Notes: generated by a model from the sequence alone, not told the origin. Shown: positions 6,082 to 15,884, numbered from the stretch's first letter. The stretch is DNA of 32,000 nucleotides from Nitrosomonas europaea (GCF_900167395.1 NZ_FUWK01000022.1:1-32000), one strand, 5' to 3'. Program-made: numbers and translations.

Positions 6082-7416
6082 TTACTCCCCCCCTTTGTTC
6101 TCACCGAAAGCTGATTTACTTACTATCCGGCGGAACCGTCTGATTGCGAAAAACACGATGGTCACGATGACCGGTATCGCGATACCGGTCATCAGTTCGA
6201 TATCGATATTCAGCCCTGCCGCCTTGGCGGCTTTCAGCCCGTAACCGGTAATACCGAGCAGGTAGTAACTCAGTACGACCACTGACAGGCCCTCCACTGT
6301 CTCTTGCAGACGCAGTTGCAGATACGCCCGGGTATCCATCGACCTGAGCAGATCCCGGATTTGCGATTCCATCGAGATATCCACCCGGGTGCGCAGCATC
6401 GAAGTCGCCCGTTCTACACGTAGTGATAGTGTTTCAAGTTTGGACCAGACCAGATCAAAGGTACTCATGGCTGAGGTAACCCGCTGTTTTCTGAATTCGT
6501 ACAACATCTGCAGTCCCTCGATACGCTCTTCACGCAATTCTGTGATTCGCTGCTGCATGATCGTGTGATATGTCTGCGATGCACTGAAACGATGACTGGA
6601 CTGAGCAGAGATTCTTTCGATTTCTGTAGCCAATGCAGTCAGTTTTACCAGTAGCAGCTGTTCATCTTCGATAGAGTTGGGCGCGATATTGGTTGATATC
6701 AGCTCTGTCAGTTGATCGCCATATCTTTCCAGCTGGGGAATGATTTCGCGCGTCATGGTCATCGGCAGAATCGCCAGCATACGATAAGTCTCGATCTCGA
6801 GCAGACGCTGTACCAGCCTGCCAACCTGGCGGCTGCGCAAGTTATCATCATGAATCAGAAAACGGGTAAATCCATCCGGATGAATCTGGTTATCACTCCA
6901 GACACTGGCGCTCCCTGCCGAAACCTTGGAGCCGATCACCGTGTTCGAGGAAAACAGGGAGGACAGCTCACTCATGCTGCGGCTGGGGCGCCTGCGGTCT
7001 TCCAGTGCAATATGCGTAGCGACCAGCACTTCTCCTGGCAGTTTCTCCAGCCATTCCGGAGGAACATGGGCGATGGCAGGCTGAGCAAAAGGTACCTCGA
7101 ACGGGCCTTCACTATAGAAAGTATAAGTGGAATATTCCGTATGCCGTTCCCAACGCAATTGAAAACCACCCAGTTCGACACTCAACTGATCGAAGGCGCC
7201 ATTGAGCATCCGGATACCGAAATGTTCACAAATCTGGACGATCAGCTCACGCTCCCTGTTCACCCACTGTCGGTCTGAAAGCAAGACCAGATGAGAAAGC
7301 TGTAACGGGATATTGACCAGTTCATAAACATCTGCATTCAGCTCGGTATGCAGTAACCGTCGCTCGGAATACTCCGGCAGACCCAGCGGCCCGTATTTCA
7401 ACAAATTGTCGGTCAT
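6082..7416 (-). CDS. DUF3422 domain membrane-anchored protein of unknown function
   Basis: The start is taken at MTDNLLKYGPLGLP (ATG complement at 7414-7416). The track ORF extends to 7542 but would then overlap the upstream TauE gene. It has the RWERHTEYSTYTF motif and two C-terminal TM helices, as in DUF3422 proteins. Confidence 0.8.
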   Translation of the reverse strand: MTDNLLKYGPLGLPEYSERRLLHTELNADVYELVNIPLQLSHLVLLSDRQWVNRERELIVQICEHFGIRMLNGAFDQLSVELGGFQLRWERHTEYSTYTFYSEGPFEVPFAQPAIAHVPPEWLEKLPGEVLVATHIALEDRRRPSRSMSELSSLFSSNTVIGSKVSAGSASVWSDNQIHPDGFTRFLIHDDNLRSRQVGRLVQRLLEIETYRMLAILPMTMTREIIPQLERYGDQLTELISTNIAPNSIEDEQLLLVKLTALATEIERISAQSSHRFSASQTYHTIMQQRITELREERIEGLQMLYEFRKQRVTSAMSTFDLVWSKLETLSLRVERATSMLRTRVDISMESQIRDLLRSMDTRAYLQLRLQETVEGLSVVVLSYYLLGITGYGLKAAKAAGLNIDIELMTGIAIPVIVTIVFFAIRRFRRIVSKSAFGENKGGE

Positions 7417-7453
7417 AATCTGAAAAATTTTTCTAATAATTGAAAATCCGGTA

Positions 7454-8254
7454 CTAATTCCATAAATCCAGCAACAACTTGGTTCCCAGCAAATAGAGCA
7501 AACCTGCAAAAATTTTTCTGAGTAACGCTGCCGGCAGAACATGTGCCGCTCTGGCCCCCAGCGGTGCTGTCACCGTACTCGCCAACCCCACCGTGATCAG
7601 AGCAGGCAGATAAATATAGCCCAGTGCATAATCCGGCAGCGGCTGTGTCAGCAGCAGACCATTGATGGCATAGCCCGCCGCACTGGCCAGCGCAACCGGA
7701 AACCCGACAGCGGCTGCCGTACCGATGGCATGGTGCAACCGGATCTGGCAAGCAGTGAGAAACGGTACCGTCAGTAATCCCCCGCCAATTGCCACCAGGC
7801 TGGATAACGCACCGATCACGCTGCCGGCAGCAAACATACCGGCTTTTCCCGGCAGAACATGACCCGTACCCGGCTTGAGATTGAGCCACATTTGCGTGGC
7901 TGCGAAATAGATGAACAAAACGAAAATGATACCCAATATCCGGCTCGACAACTGGCCGGCCAGAGTGGAACCAGCCAGCGCACCCGCAATGATTCCAGGC
8001 GTAATATAGCGCACGATCCACCAGTTCACGGCACCATGGGCATGGTGAGCACGCAGGCTGGAAATCGCGGTCAGGGTAATGATCGCTGTCGTCGTTCCCA
8101 GTGCGATATGCAGAATATGGTCAGCCGGAAAACCCAGAGACATGAAAACGGAAGCCAGTATCGGCACCATCAGCAGACCGCCGCCAATGCCCAGCAATCC
8201 CGCAAAGAAACCGACTGCACTCCCTGTCAGCAGGTAAACCGGCCATGCTTCCAT
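7454..8254 (-). CDS. TauE/SafE family sulfite/anion exporter (DUF81)
   Basis: 266 aa polytopic membrane protein with duplicated GxxxGLLGIGGG-type motifs (GLLGIGGGLLMVP, LVAIGGGLLTVP). Confidence 0.9.
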   Translation of the reverse strand: MEAWPVYLLTGSAVGFFAGLLGIGGGLLMVPILASVFMSLGFPADHILHIALGTTTAIITLTAISSLRAHHAHGAVNWWIVRYITPGIIAGALAGSTLAGQLSSRILGIIFVLFIYFAATQMWLNLKPGTGHVLPGKAGMFAAGSVIGALSSLVAIGGGLLTVPFLTACQIRLHHAIGTAAAVGFPVALASAAGYAINGLLLTQPLPDYALGYIYLPALITVGLASTVTAPLGARAAHVLPAALLRKIFAGLLYLLGTKLLLDLWN

Positions 8255-8333
8255 ACTTGGGATATCTCACTGGTGATTTCAGCTATCCTGATGCACAAGC
8301 ATGAAAATATCAGGAACAGGCAAGTGCATGGCA

Positions 8334-8795
8334 TCACGACTGCAGCTTTGCTTCGATGAATTTCCATTCCGATGGATCGACGGGAGTAATGGACAGCCGG
8401 TTACCTTTCTGCAGGATACGCATACCGGCCAGTTCAGGATAGCTGCGCAGCTCCCTAAGGGAAAGCAACCGGGTTTTACGAAGAAACCGGACTTCGACAT
8501 TGAACCAGCGCGGATTCTCGCGCGTCGATTTTGGGTCGAAATATTTGCTGGCCGAGTCGAACTGTGTTTCATCCGGATAAGCAAGCCGTGAAACTTCGAC
8601 GACGCCGGCAATACCTGGTTCGGGGCAGCTCGAATGATAGAAGAAAACCAGATCTCCAGGCTGCATCTGGTTGCGCATGAAATTACGCGCCTGATAGTTG
8701 CGCACACCATCCCAAGGTACGGTCTGCCCTGGCCGAGCAGCAAGGTCATCGATACTCACTTCCGACGGCTCTGATTTCATCAGCCAGTAACGCAT
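8334..8795 (-). CDS. EVE (PUA-like, DUF55) domain protein
   Basis: 153 aa. MRYWLMKSEPSEVSIDDL...WDGVRNYQARNFMR...GDLVFFYHSS is the typical EVE-domain N-terminus. Confidence 0.85.
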   Translation of the reverse strand: MRYWLMKSEPSEVSIDDLAARPGQTVPWDGVRNYQARNFMRNQMQPGDLVFFYHSSCPEPGIAGVVEVSRLAYPDETQFDSASKYFDPKSTRENPRWFNVEVRFLRKTRLLSLRELRSYPELAGMRILQKGNRLSITPVDPSEWKFIEAKLQS

Positions 8796-8845
8796 ATTTT
8801 TACGAATATGAATAGGGAGAGAACTGAAACTACTAAAAGAAAAGA

Positions 8846-9027
8846 GGGGTCCCCGCGAATGCCGTCAGGTTGTTATCTTGAACCACAGGTTCAAGAGTGG
8901 CCGCCTGTCGGCCGCATCAGGCATGCTCCACGAGAGAGTACGCACAACAGCGACCATTGACTGGCAGCCAGATACAACGAATTGGTTCAAAGAATACAAA
9001 CCTTGACAAACACCGCAGGGATTAAAT
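8846..9027 (-). ncRNA. ssrS: 6S RNA (SsrS), RNA polymerase-sigma70 regulator
   Basis: It lies immediately downstream of zapA on the same strand, which is the conserved proteobacterial position. The minus-strand sequence ...GAGCATGCC...CTTGAACCTGTGGTTCAAGATAACAACCTGACGGCATTCGCGGGGACCCC parallels E. coli 6S ...GAGCAUGCUC...CCUUGAACCAAGGGUUCAAGGGUUACAGCCUGCGGCGGCAUCUCGGAGAUUCCC. The 5' TCCCTGCGG...GTCAAGG pairs with the 3' CCTGAC...CGCGGGGA to form the closing stem. Length is about 182 nt. Ends are approximate (+/- 5 nt). Confidence 0.8.
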
Positions 9028-9084
9028 CTGTTGTAATTGCTCTGGCACACAATACACGCCGCGCTAAATTATTCGATTTTATTC

Positions 9085-9399
9085 TTATGAATTCTTATAA
9101 ATGCCCTGGTCGGTAAGCGCGTCACTCACCCTGCACTCCAGCAACTCGATTCTACGCTTAAATTCATTCATGTCAAAACCACGCTGTGAACGGATACTGA
9201 GCAATTCATGGGTCATGCTGATGGCGGCGGCAATGGCAATCTGTTCCGTTCCGGCAATTTTTCCTGCAGATTTTATCTCCTGCATTTTTCTGTTGAGACA
9301 GGAAACGGCGAGCAGCAACTCTTCACGTTCTTCCCCGGGACAATGGATACGAAATTCCCGCCCCATTACGGTTACATTCAAAACAGTATCTTTGTTCAC
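9085..9399 (-). CDS. zapA: Cell division protein ZapA
   Basis: 104 aa. The VTVMGREFRIHCPGEEREELLLAVSCLNRKMQEIK pattern is typical of ZapA, and the gene has conserved synteny with ssrS. Confidence 0.9.
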   Translation of the reverse strand: MNKDTVLNVTVMGREFRIHCPGEEREELLLAVSCLNRKMQEIKSAGKIAGTEQIAIAAAISMTHELLSIRSQRGFDMNEFKRRIELLECRVSDALTDQGIYKNS

Positions 9400-9400
9400 T

Positions 9401-9631
9401 TCAACCCTCGGGCAGATTATTCAGTAAAACCTTGAGGCGTTCGGCTGCGGTTTGCATCCGCTCGGCAAGCTGACGGTTTACCGCCTCCGCATTTTCAAGC
9501 AGACGATACAATTTGGCATTTTCCTCACGAGTTTCCTGATACAACCTGATCAGCAAGCCGATCTTGTCTTCCAGCGACTTCAATTCATCATCCATCAGCG
9601 ATTCCGTTCCCACCGGCACGGAATGAAGCAC
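9401..9631 (-). CDS. ZapB-like coiled-coil protein (TIGR02449-type) upstream of zapA
   Basis: A 76-aa heptad-rich coiled coil (LEDKIGLLIRLYQETREENAKLYRLLE). Its stop is 1 nt from the zapA start. The true start may be the internal Met at 9595. Confidence 0.7.
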   Translation of the reverse strand: MLHSVPVGTESLMDDELKSLEDKIGLLIRLYQETREENAKLYRLLENAEAVNRQLAERMQTAAERLKVLLNNLPEG

Positions 9632-9707
9632 TTTATCCGCTGATCATATCCGTTGCATGGCAGCACCACCACAAAGAGCACATACAACCCTTGCTGATTT
9701 TTTATCA

Positions 9708-11291
9708 TTATCGTGACAAGATCGTGTCAACGGCCTGCGGCAGTATTTCAGGGTAATCCCGGCTGAAGTGCAGTCCGCGACTCTCGTGCCGCAGCATTGC
9801 GCTCCGAACGATCAGATCGGAAGTACACACGAGATTGCGCAGTTCGAGCAAATCACTGGTCACCCGGAAATTGGAATAGTACTCACCGATTTCCTCACTC
9901 AGCAGCCTGATGCGGTGTTGCGCCCGCTGCAAACGTTTGCTGGTACGCACGATACCTACATAATTCCACATAAAACGGCGCAACTCGTCCCAGTTATGGG
10001 AAATCACGACTTCCTCGTCGGCATCGGTCACACGGCTTTCATCCCAGTCCGGTAACAGCAGATCTGGCGCAGGAGAGCGAACCAGAATATCCTCGACCGC
10101 CGAAAGACCAGTGACCAGACATTCCAGCAAAGAATTACTGGCCAGGCGATTGGCGCCGTGCAGACCGGTATGCGCCGTTTCACCGATGGCATACAGATTG
10201 TCGAGATCAGTCCGTCCGCATTGATCGGTCATGATCCCGCCACAGGTATAGTGAGCTGCCGGGACGACCGGAATAGGCTCACGAGTGATGTCGATGCCCA
10301 GTTCCAGACAACGCTTGTAAATAGTTGGAAAATGCTGCACCAGAAAATCGGCTGGCTGGTGGGAAATGTCCAGAAATACACAATCCAGCCCGCGTTTTTT
10401 CATTTCGAAGTCGATTGCACGCGCCACGATGTCACGCGGAGCAAGTTCGGCCCGTTCATCATGCCGAAGCATGAAACGCTCACCATCGGGCAGCTTCAGT
10501 ATACCCCCCTCCCCCCTCACTGCTTCAGTGATCAGAAAGGACTTGGCATGCGGATGATACAAGCAGGTGGGATGAAACTGGACAAATTCCATATTGGCAA
10601 CACGGCACCCCGCACGCCACCCCATGGCAATACCATCCCCGGTAGATACATCGGGATTAGTGGTATAGAGATAAACTTTACCCGCACCGCCGGTGGCCAG
10701 AATCGTATTACGTGCCGCAATCGTGCGCACTTTTCCGGCGCGGATATCGAGCACATAAGCGCCGTAGCAGCGGTTATTTTCCCCGGCATGAGACAATTTC
10801 TCGCTGGTGATCAGATCGATTGCAATGTGGTGCTCCAGCACGGTGATATTCGGATGTTGTGCTGCCTGTCTGGTCAGTGTAAGTTGCACCACTTTACCAG
10901 TGGCATCACCAGAATGAATGATGCGACGCACACTATGACCACCCTCACGAGTCAGGTGATAACCAGTTTCATTGTGATCATCCCGCGTAAAATCGACCCC
11001 TCTGGCAATCAGCCATCTGACAGCCTGTGGACCGTTTTCCACGATATGACGGGTCATGGCTTCGTTACACAAACCTGCACCGGCGATCAGCGTATCGCGG
11101 ATATGTGCCTCCGGTGAATCTTCGATCGACAGCACGGCGGCAATCCCCCCCTGCGCCCAGGCACTGGAGCTGTCATGCAATGTCCGCTTGGTCACCAGCG
11201 CGACCTTTTGGGTTTCTGCGAGATTCAGGGCAAGTGTCAGCCCGGCCAGACCGCTGCCAATGATCAGTGCATCGAAACGAAGTGGTTGCAT
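9708..11291 (-). CDS. nadB: L-aspartate oxidase
   Basis: 527 aa. It has an N-terminal FAD-binding motif [16 protein letters not shown], plus HYTCGGI and [15 protein letters not shown], as in NadB/succinate dehydrogenase flavoprotein-family proteins of NadB length. Confidence 0.96.
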   Translation of the reverse strand: MQPLRFDALIIGSGLAGLTLALNLAETQKVALVTKRTLHDSSSAWAQGGIAAVLSIEDSPEAHIRDTLIAGAGLCNEAMTRHIVENGPQAVRWLIARGVDFTRDDHNETGYHLTREGGHSVRRIIHSGDATGKVVQLTLTRQAAQHPNITVLEHHIAIDLITSEKLSHAGENNRCYGAYVLDIRAGKVRTIAARNTILATGGAGKVYLYTTNPDVSTGDGIAMGWRAGCRVANMEFVQFHPTCLYHPHAKSFLITEAVRGEGGILKLPDGERFMLRHDERAELAPRDIVARAIDFEMKKRGLDCVFLDISHQPADFLVQHFPTIYKRCLELGIDITREPIPVVPAAHYTCGGIMTDQCGRTDLDNLYAIGETAHTGLHGANRLASNSLLECLVTGLSAVEDILVRSPAPDLLLPDWDESRVTDADEEVVISHNWDELRRFMWNYVGIVRTSKRLQRAQHRIRLLSEEIGEYYSNFRVTSDLLELRNLVCTSDLIVRSAMLRHESRGLHFSRDYPEILPQAVDTILSR

Positions 11292-11412
11292 GAATAACGT
11301 TGACTGCTCAGAAATGATGGAAGAGTGAATCTGCTTTCCGAAATTATCACATTTTTTGCCATGGTTTCGAATCCATCGCGTGCTGCCGGCATTGCCGCCG
11401 GCAAAAATACGC

Positions 11413-11418
11413 TAGAAT
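11413..11418 (+). promoter_or_regulatory. Candidate -10 box (TAGAAT) for ilvE with an upstream TTGCCG-like -35
   Basis: The sequence reads cATTGCCGCCGGCAAAAATACGCTAGAAT. It lies about 92 nt upstream of the ilvE ATG and is followed by a structured leader (stem GGGAAG 11434-11439 / CTTCCC 11465-11470). Confidence 0.25.
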
Positions 11419-11509
11419 ACAGCAAGGTTTTTGGGGAAGCGCCGGATGATCCGGCTGACGGACACTTCCCGTCATTCAGTTTACAAATTTAACACAGGAG
11501 AGTTTCAGC

Positions 11510-12433
11510 ATGTCGATGGCGGACCGTGACGGGGTTATCTGGTATGACGGAGAGATGGTTCCGTGGCGCAATGCCACGACCCACGTACTTACCCATACCC
11601 TGCATTATGGAATGGGTGTATTCGAAGGGTTGCGCGCCTATCAGACACCCGGGGGGCCGGCCATTTTCCGTCTGCCCGAGCATACGGAACGTCTGTTCTA
11701 CTCGGCACATGTCTTCAGAATGAAAATCCCTTTTGATCAGCCCACGCTGATACAGGCACAGCTGGATGTCGTCCGGCAGAACAGGTTAACCTCCGGCTAT
11801 ATTCGTCCAATCGTCTTCTACGGGTCGGAAGCCATGGGATTATCCGCCAAGAACCTGTCCGTCCACGTCGCCATCGCTGCCTGGTCATGGGGAACCTACC
11901 TGGGCGCAGATGCGCTGGAAAACGGGATTCGCGTCAAAACCTCCTCGTTCACCCGCCACCACGTCAATATCAACATGTGCCGTGCCAAGTCGGTCGCCAC
12001 TTATACCAACTCGATCCTGGCGCATCAGGAAGTTGCACAGGACGGCTATGAGGAAGCCTTGCTGCTGGACGTGGATGGTTATGTCGCGGAAGGTTCCGGT
12101 GAAAACATTTTCATCATCAAAAAAGGCAAGATTTACACACCTGATCTGACAGCCTGTCTGGAAGGCATCACGCGTGCATCGGTCATTCAACTGGCGCAAG
12201 AAGCCGGTATCGAGGTCATTCAGAAACGGATTACCCGTGATGAAGTCTACTGCGCGGATGAAGCCTTTTTTACCGGTACGGCAGCAGAAATCACGCCGAT
12301 CCGTGAACTGGATTGTCGTATGATTGGTAACGGTAAACGCGGTCCTGTCACCGAACAACTGCAAACCGCATTTTTTGACTGCGTCAACGGCAAATCAGAC
12401 AAACATGCAGATTGGCTGCATTACGCCGATTAG
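11510..12433 (+). CDS. ilvE: Branched-chain amino acid aminotransferase
   Basis: 307 aa with an AGGAGAG RBS. Fold-type IV aminotransferase motifs are present (VFEGLRAY, YIRP, GENIF, GITR, TGTAAEITP). Confidence 0.95.
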   Translation: MSMADRDGVIWYDGEMVPWRNATTHVLTHTLHYGMGVFEGLRAYQTPGGPAIFRLPEHTERLFYSAHVFRMKIPFDQPTLIQAQLDVVRQNRLTSGYIRPIVFYGSEAMGLSAKNLSVHVAIAAWSWGTYLGADALENGIRVKTSSFTRHHVNINMCRAKSVATYTNSILAHQEVAQDGYEEALLLDVDGYVAEGSGENIFIIKKGKIYTPDLTACLEGITRASVIQLAQEAGIEVIQKRITRDEVYCADEAFFTGTAAEITPIRELDCRMIGNGKRGPVTEQLQTAFFDCVNGKSDKHADWLHYAD

Positions 12434-12459
12434 ACGCATTATGTTTAACTGTTGAACAG

Positions 12460-12684
12460 ATGAAATTGCCAATGAATACTTCTTCTACACCCGCTTATCC
12501 ACAAGAAATCGAAATCAGCCCGGATGATTTGCCGCTGTATTGCCCGAATCCATTGATGGATGCAAGAAGTTGGCACCCGCGCGTTTTTCTCGAGATCGAA
12601 GCAACCGGCAGCGCCATGTGTCCCTACTGCAGTACGCAATATATCCTGAAAGGTACGCCAAATCCGGATCATCATCATTCATGA
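12460..12684 (+). CDS. Small zinc-finger (zf-CHCC-like) protein
   Basis: 74 aa from MKLPMNT. The pattern LYCPNP...HPRVFLEI...CPYCSTQYIL is the CHCC zinc-finger pattern commonly found next to ilvE in beta-proteobacteria. The track ORF start at 12412 overlaps ilvE and is unlikely. Confidence 0.7.
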   Translation: MKLPMNTSSTPAYPQEIEISPDDLPLYCPNPLMDARSWHPRVFLEIEATGSAMCPYCSTQYILKGTPNPDHHHS

Positions 12685-12748
12685 CATGGACAGGCATCCG
12701 GCCTTCCTGCCATTCATCATTTAATCCGAACCCGGGAGTCGTCATTGC

Positions 12749-14125
12749 ATGAGTAATATCGCACCTGAAATTTTCAAGGCTTATGACATCCGTGGCATCG
12801 TAGAAACTGCGCTGACACCAGCAACAGTAGAACTTATCGGCCACGCCATTGGCTCTGAAGCACGCGAGCGTCAGCTTACCACCATCGCGATCGGCCGCGA
12901 TGGCCGCCTGTCCGGGCCGGAGCTGGCGCAGGCACTGACGAACGGCATCCGCAAAAGTGGAATCGATGTCATCGATGTGGGTATGGTCCCCACCCCGGTG
13001 CTGTACTACGCCGCACACGAATTATGCGGCTACTCGGGAGTCATGGTGACCGGCAGCCACAATCCGCCTGAATATAACGGTCTCAAAATCGTACTGGGTG
13101 GCGAAACGCTGGCGGCAGAAGCAATCCAGTCACTGCGTCTGCGTATCGAGCAAGCTAACTTCCAGCACGGACAAGGGAGTTATCGTCAGCATGACATCGT
13201 ACAAAGCTATCTGCAACGAATCATCGCTGACGTCAAACTTGCCCGGCCGGTCAAGATCGTTGTTGACTGCGGCAATGGTGTCACCGGTGTGCTGGCGCCC
13301 GAACTTTATCGCCGGTTGGGCTGCGAAGTAATCGAACTGTTTTGTGAAGTCGATGGCACCTTCCCGAATCATCATCCTGATCCTTCAGTACCGGAAAATC
13401 TGCAGGATGTCATCCGGACGCTGGCTACCACCGATGCTGAAATCGGTTTTGCCTTCGACGGCGATGGTGATCGTCTGGGCGTTGTCACCAAAGACGGGAG
13501 CATCATTTATCCGGATCGCCAGCTCATGCTGTTTGCTGCCGATGTACTGTCCAGGAACCCTGGCGGTCAGATCATCTATGATGTCAAATGCACACGCACA
13601 CTGGCACCCTGGATCATCCGGCATGGTGGTAAGCCAGTCATGTGGAAAACGGGGCATTCCTTCATCAAGGCCAAGCTAAAGGAAACCGGTGCATTACTGG
13701 CCGGTGAAATGAGTGGCCATATTTTTTTCAAGGAACGCTGGTACGGATTCGACGATGGTCTGTATGCCGGTACACGTCTGCTGGAATTGCTCAGCAAACA
13801 GGTTGATCCGGCTACGGTACTGCACGCCCTGCCCGATACGATCAATACGCCCGAACTGCAGATCAAGCTCAAGGAAGGAGAAAATCATGCCCTGATCGCC
13901 CAGCTTCAGCGCGATGCAGATTTTCCTGAAGCCGACCAGGTCATTACGATCGATGGCTTGCGAGTGGAATACAAAGACGGATTCGGTCTGATCCGGGCAT
14001 CCAACACCACGCCGGTCGCAGTATTGCGCTTCGAGGCGGATAATCGGGCTGCGCTGGAACGCATTCAGCAGGATTTCCGCCGGGTCATCCTGCAAGCCAG
14101 GCCGGATGCAGCCCTACCCTTCTGA
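12749..14125 (+). CDS. Phosphomannomutase/phosphoglucomutase (alpha-D-phosphohexomutase family)
   Basis: 458 aa. It has the active-site loop TGSHNPPEYNG, the metal-binding FDGDGDR motif, and the GEMSGH sugar-binding loop. Confidence 0.95.
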   Translation: MSNIAPEIFKAYDIRGIVETALTPATVELIGHAIGSEARERQLTTIAIGRDGRLSGPELAQALTNGIRKSGIDVIDVGMVPTPVLYYAAHELCGYSGVMVTGSHNPPEYNGLKIVLGGETLAAEAIQSLRLRIEQANFQHGQGSYRQHDIVQSYLQRIIADVKLARPVKIVVDCGNGVTGVLAPELYRRLGCEVIELFCEVDGTFPNHHPDPSVPENLQDVIRTLATTDAEIGFAFDGDGDRLGVVTKDGSIIYPDRQLMLFAADVLSRNPGGQIIYDVKCTRTLAPWIIRHGGKPVMWKTGHSFIKAKLKETGALLAGEMSGHIFFKERWYGFDDGLYAGTRLLELLSKQVDPATVLHALPDTINTPELQIKLKEGENHALIAQLQRDADFPEADQVITIDGLRVEYKDGFGLIRASNTTPVAVLRFEADNRAALERIQQDFRRVILQARPDAALPF

Positions 14126-14173
14126 CCGGGCATCAGCCGCTTACCGGCAGTTCTTCTTACATCTCTTTTTGCC

Positions 14174-15781
14174 GTGAAGATCGCGCTTGCACAGATCAAC
14201 TGTACGCCAGGTGATCTGCGCGGAAATCAACTCAAAATACTGCATGCCTGCCGGCAAGCCAGGGAAGCCGGTGCTGATCTGGTCATCACTCCGGAAATGT
14301 CGCTATGCGGTTATCTCGCGGAAGACTGGCTGTTGCGCAGGGAGTTTGTACAAGCCTGCCATCAGGCGCTGACAGAGCTTACCGCACAGGTGTACGATGT
14401 TACGCTGATCGTCGGGCACCCTCACAATATGAATGGCAATCTGTTCAATGCCGTTTCCGCCGTCCGGGACGGCCGCCTGCTGGCGACACATTGCAAACAG
14501 CATTTGTTCTCTGACCGGTTACAGGATGAACGTCGTTATTTCAGCGCCGGCAACTCACTCTGCACGTTTGAATGCAGCGGTATACTTTTTGGATTGATGA
14601 CCGGTTCCGATTACCGGCATGCGGCTCATCTGCAGTCACTACATGCTGCCGGTGCCCAGGTTCTGCTGGCCGTGGATGCTTCTCCCTACTCCATCGACAG
14701 CCAGATCGACCGTTATCAGATACTGCGCGAGGGGATCACACAAACCGGGCTGCCTGCTGTTTATATCAATCCGGTCGGCGGGCAGGATGAGCTGGTGTTC
14801 GATGGTGCTTCATTCGCGATGGATCACAGCGGTAAACTCGTTTGTCAGCTGCCCGCTTTTCAGGAAGCACTCGCTCTGATCGCGATTCACGGTAATCAGT
14901 CGATCTTCGGAGAATGTTCTACCTTGCCGGATCAGGCCGGGAGTATTTACACCGCGTTGCGTTTGGGTCTGCACGATTTCATCACCAAAAACAGATTGCC
15001 TGGCGTACTGATCGGTCTGTCCGGTGGTGTTGATTCTGCACTGGTACTGGCAATCGCAGTGGATGCCCTCGGTGCCGAACGAGTCAGAACCGTGATGATG
15101 CCCTCACCTTATACCGCCGATATCAGTATTCAGGATGCACAGACCATGGCAGACAACCTGGGGGTGCGCCATGCCGGGATACCGATTACCGGATTGTTCG
15201 ATCAGTTCCAGCAGGCGTTACAGGCTGAGTTGCAGGCTTGCTCTGATTCCGGTACTTCGGCCACTGTAGAAAATCTGCAGGCTCGTATCCGCGGAACACT
15301 ACTGATGGCACTGGCCAACCAGTCCGGCATGCTGGTGCTGCCAACGAGTAACAAATCTGAAACCGCAGTGGGTTACAGCACGTTATACGGAGATATGGCC
15401 GGCGGATTTTCGATACTCAAGGATGTCAGCAAAACACTGGTTTACCGGCTTTGCCATTATCGCAACCAGATTTCACCCATCATTCCGCAACGTATTCTGC
15501 AACGCCCGCCTTCGGCTGAGTTGCGCCCGGGCCAGATCGATCAGGACAGCCTCCCGCCGTACGATGTACTGGATGCAATCATCGAGGCGTACGTGGAAAA
15601 CGATCTGTCGGCAGCAGAAATCATCGCTATGAACTATCCTGAGGAAACCGTTCGGCGCGTGCTGCGCATGATCCATTCCAGTGAATACAAACGCCGACAA
15701 GCAGCGCCCGGTATCCGGATCACCCGGCGTGATTTCGGCCGATCATGGCGATTCCCGCTGACTTCCGGGTTTCCAGATTGA
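14174..15781 (+). CDS. nadE: Glutamine-dependent NAD+ synthetase (N-terminal nitrilase/CN-hydrolase domain plus C-terminal synthetase domain)
   Basis: 535 aa, GTG start. It contains the CN-hydrolase domain (MKIALAQIN...ITPEMSLCGY), the PP-loop GLSGGVDSA, and SNKSE...GYSTLYGDM. Confidence 0.95.
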   Translation: MKIALAQINCTPGDLRGNQLKILHACRQAREAGADLVITPEMSLCGYLAEDWLLRREFVQACHQALTELTAQVYDVTLIVGHPHNMNGNLFNAVSAVRDGRLLATHCKQHLFSDRLQDERRYFSAGNSLCTFECSGILFGLMTGSDYRHAAHLQSLHAAGAQVLLAVDASPYSIDSQIDRYQILREGITQTGLPAVYINPVGGQDELVFDGASFAMDHSGKLVCQLPAFQEALALIAIHGNQSIFGECSTLPDQAGSIYTALRLGLHDFITKNRLPGVLIGLSGGVDSALVLAIAVDALGAERVRTVMMPSPYTADISIQDAQTMADNLGVRHAGIPITGLFDQFQQALQAELQACSDSGTSATVENLQARIRGTLLMALANQSGMLVLPTSNKSETAVGYSTLYGDMAGGFSILKDVSKTLVYRLCHYRNQISPIIPQRILQRPPSAELRPGQIDQDSLPPYDVLDAIIEAYVENDLSAAEIIAMNYPEETVRRVLRMIHSSEYKRRQAAPGIRITRRDFGRSWRFPLTSGFPD

Positions 15782-15884
15782 GCTGCCCGGATGACATTAC
15801 TGTATTCACCGGGCCAGCTGCAGGATCACAAGTCGGTTCACCGATATGATGGAACTCGATCTGCCAGCAACCATCAAACGCGAT

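Noticed and set aside
7417-7542. 42-codon N-terminal extension of the DUF3422 ORF, and the 202-aa ORF 7413..8021 (-)
   Set aside because: The extension would overlap the TauE gene by 89 nt and has Cys/Trp-rich nonsense composition. The 202-aa ORF is an alternative frame of the TauE gene.
8279-8749. 156-aa minus-strand ORF and 96-aa plus-strand ORF overlapping the EVE-domain gene
   Set aside because: The EVE frame has unmistakable family motifs, while these alternative frames have none.
8865-9050. 61-aa ORF (MCQSNYNRFNPCG...)
   Set aside because: It lies within the region that folds and aligns as 6S RNA, so it is an RNA gene and not a CDS.
10158-11117. 319-aa plus-strand ORF antisense to nadB
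   Set aside because: Long antisense ORFs are common opposite GC-balanced conserved genes. It has no motifs, and the nadB assignment is unambiguous.
12515-13018. 167-aa minus-strand ORF spanning the zinc-finger gene and the PMM 5' end
   Set aside because: It is antisense to two supported genes and has no motifs.
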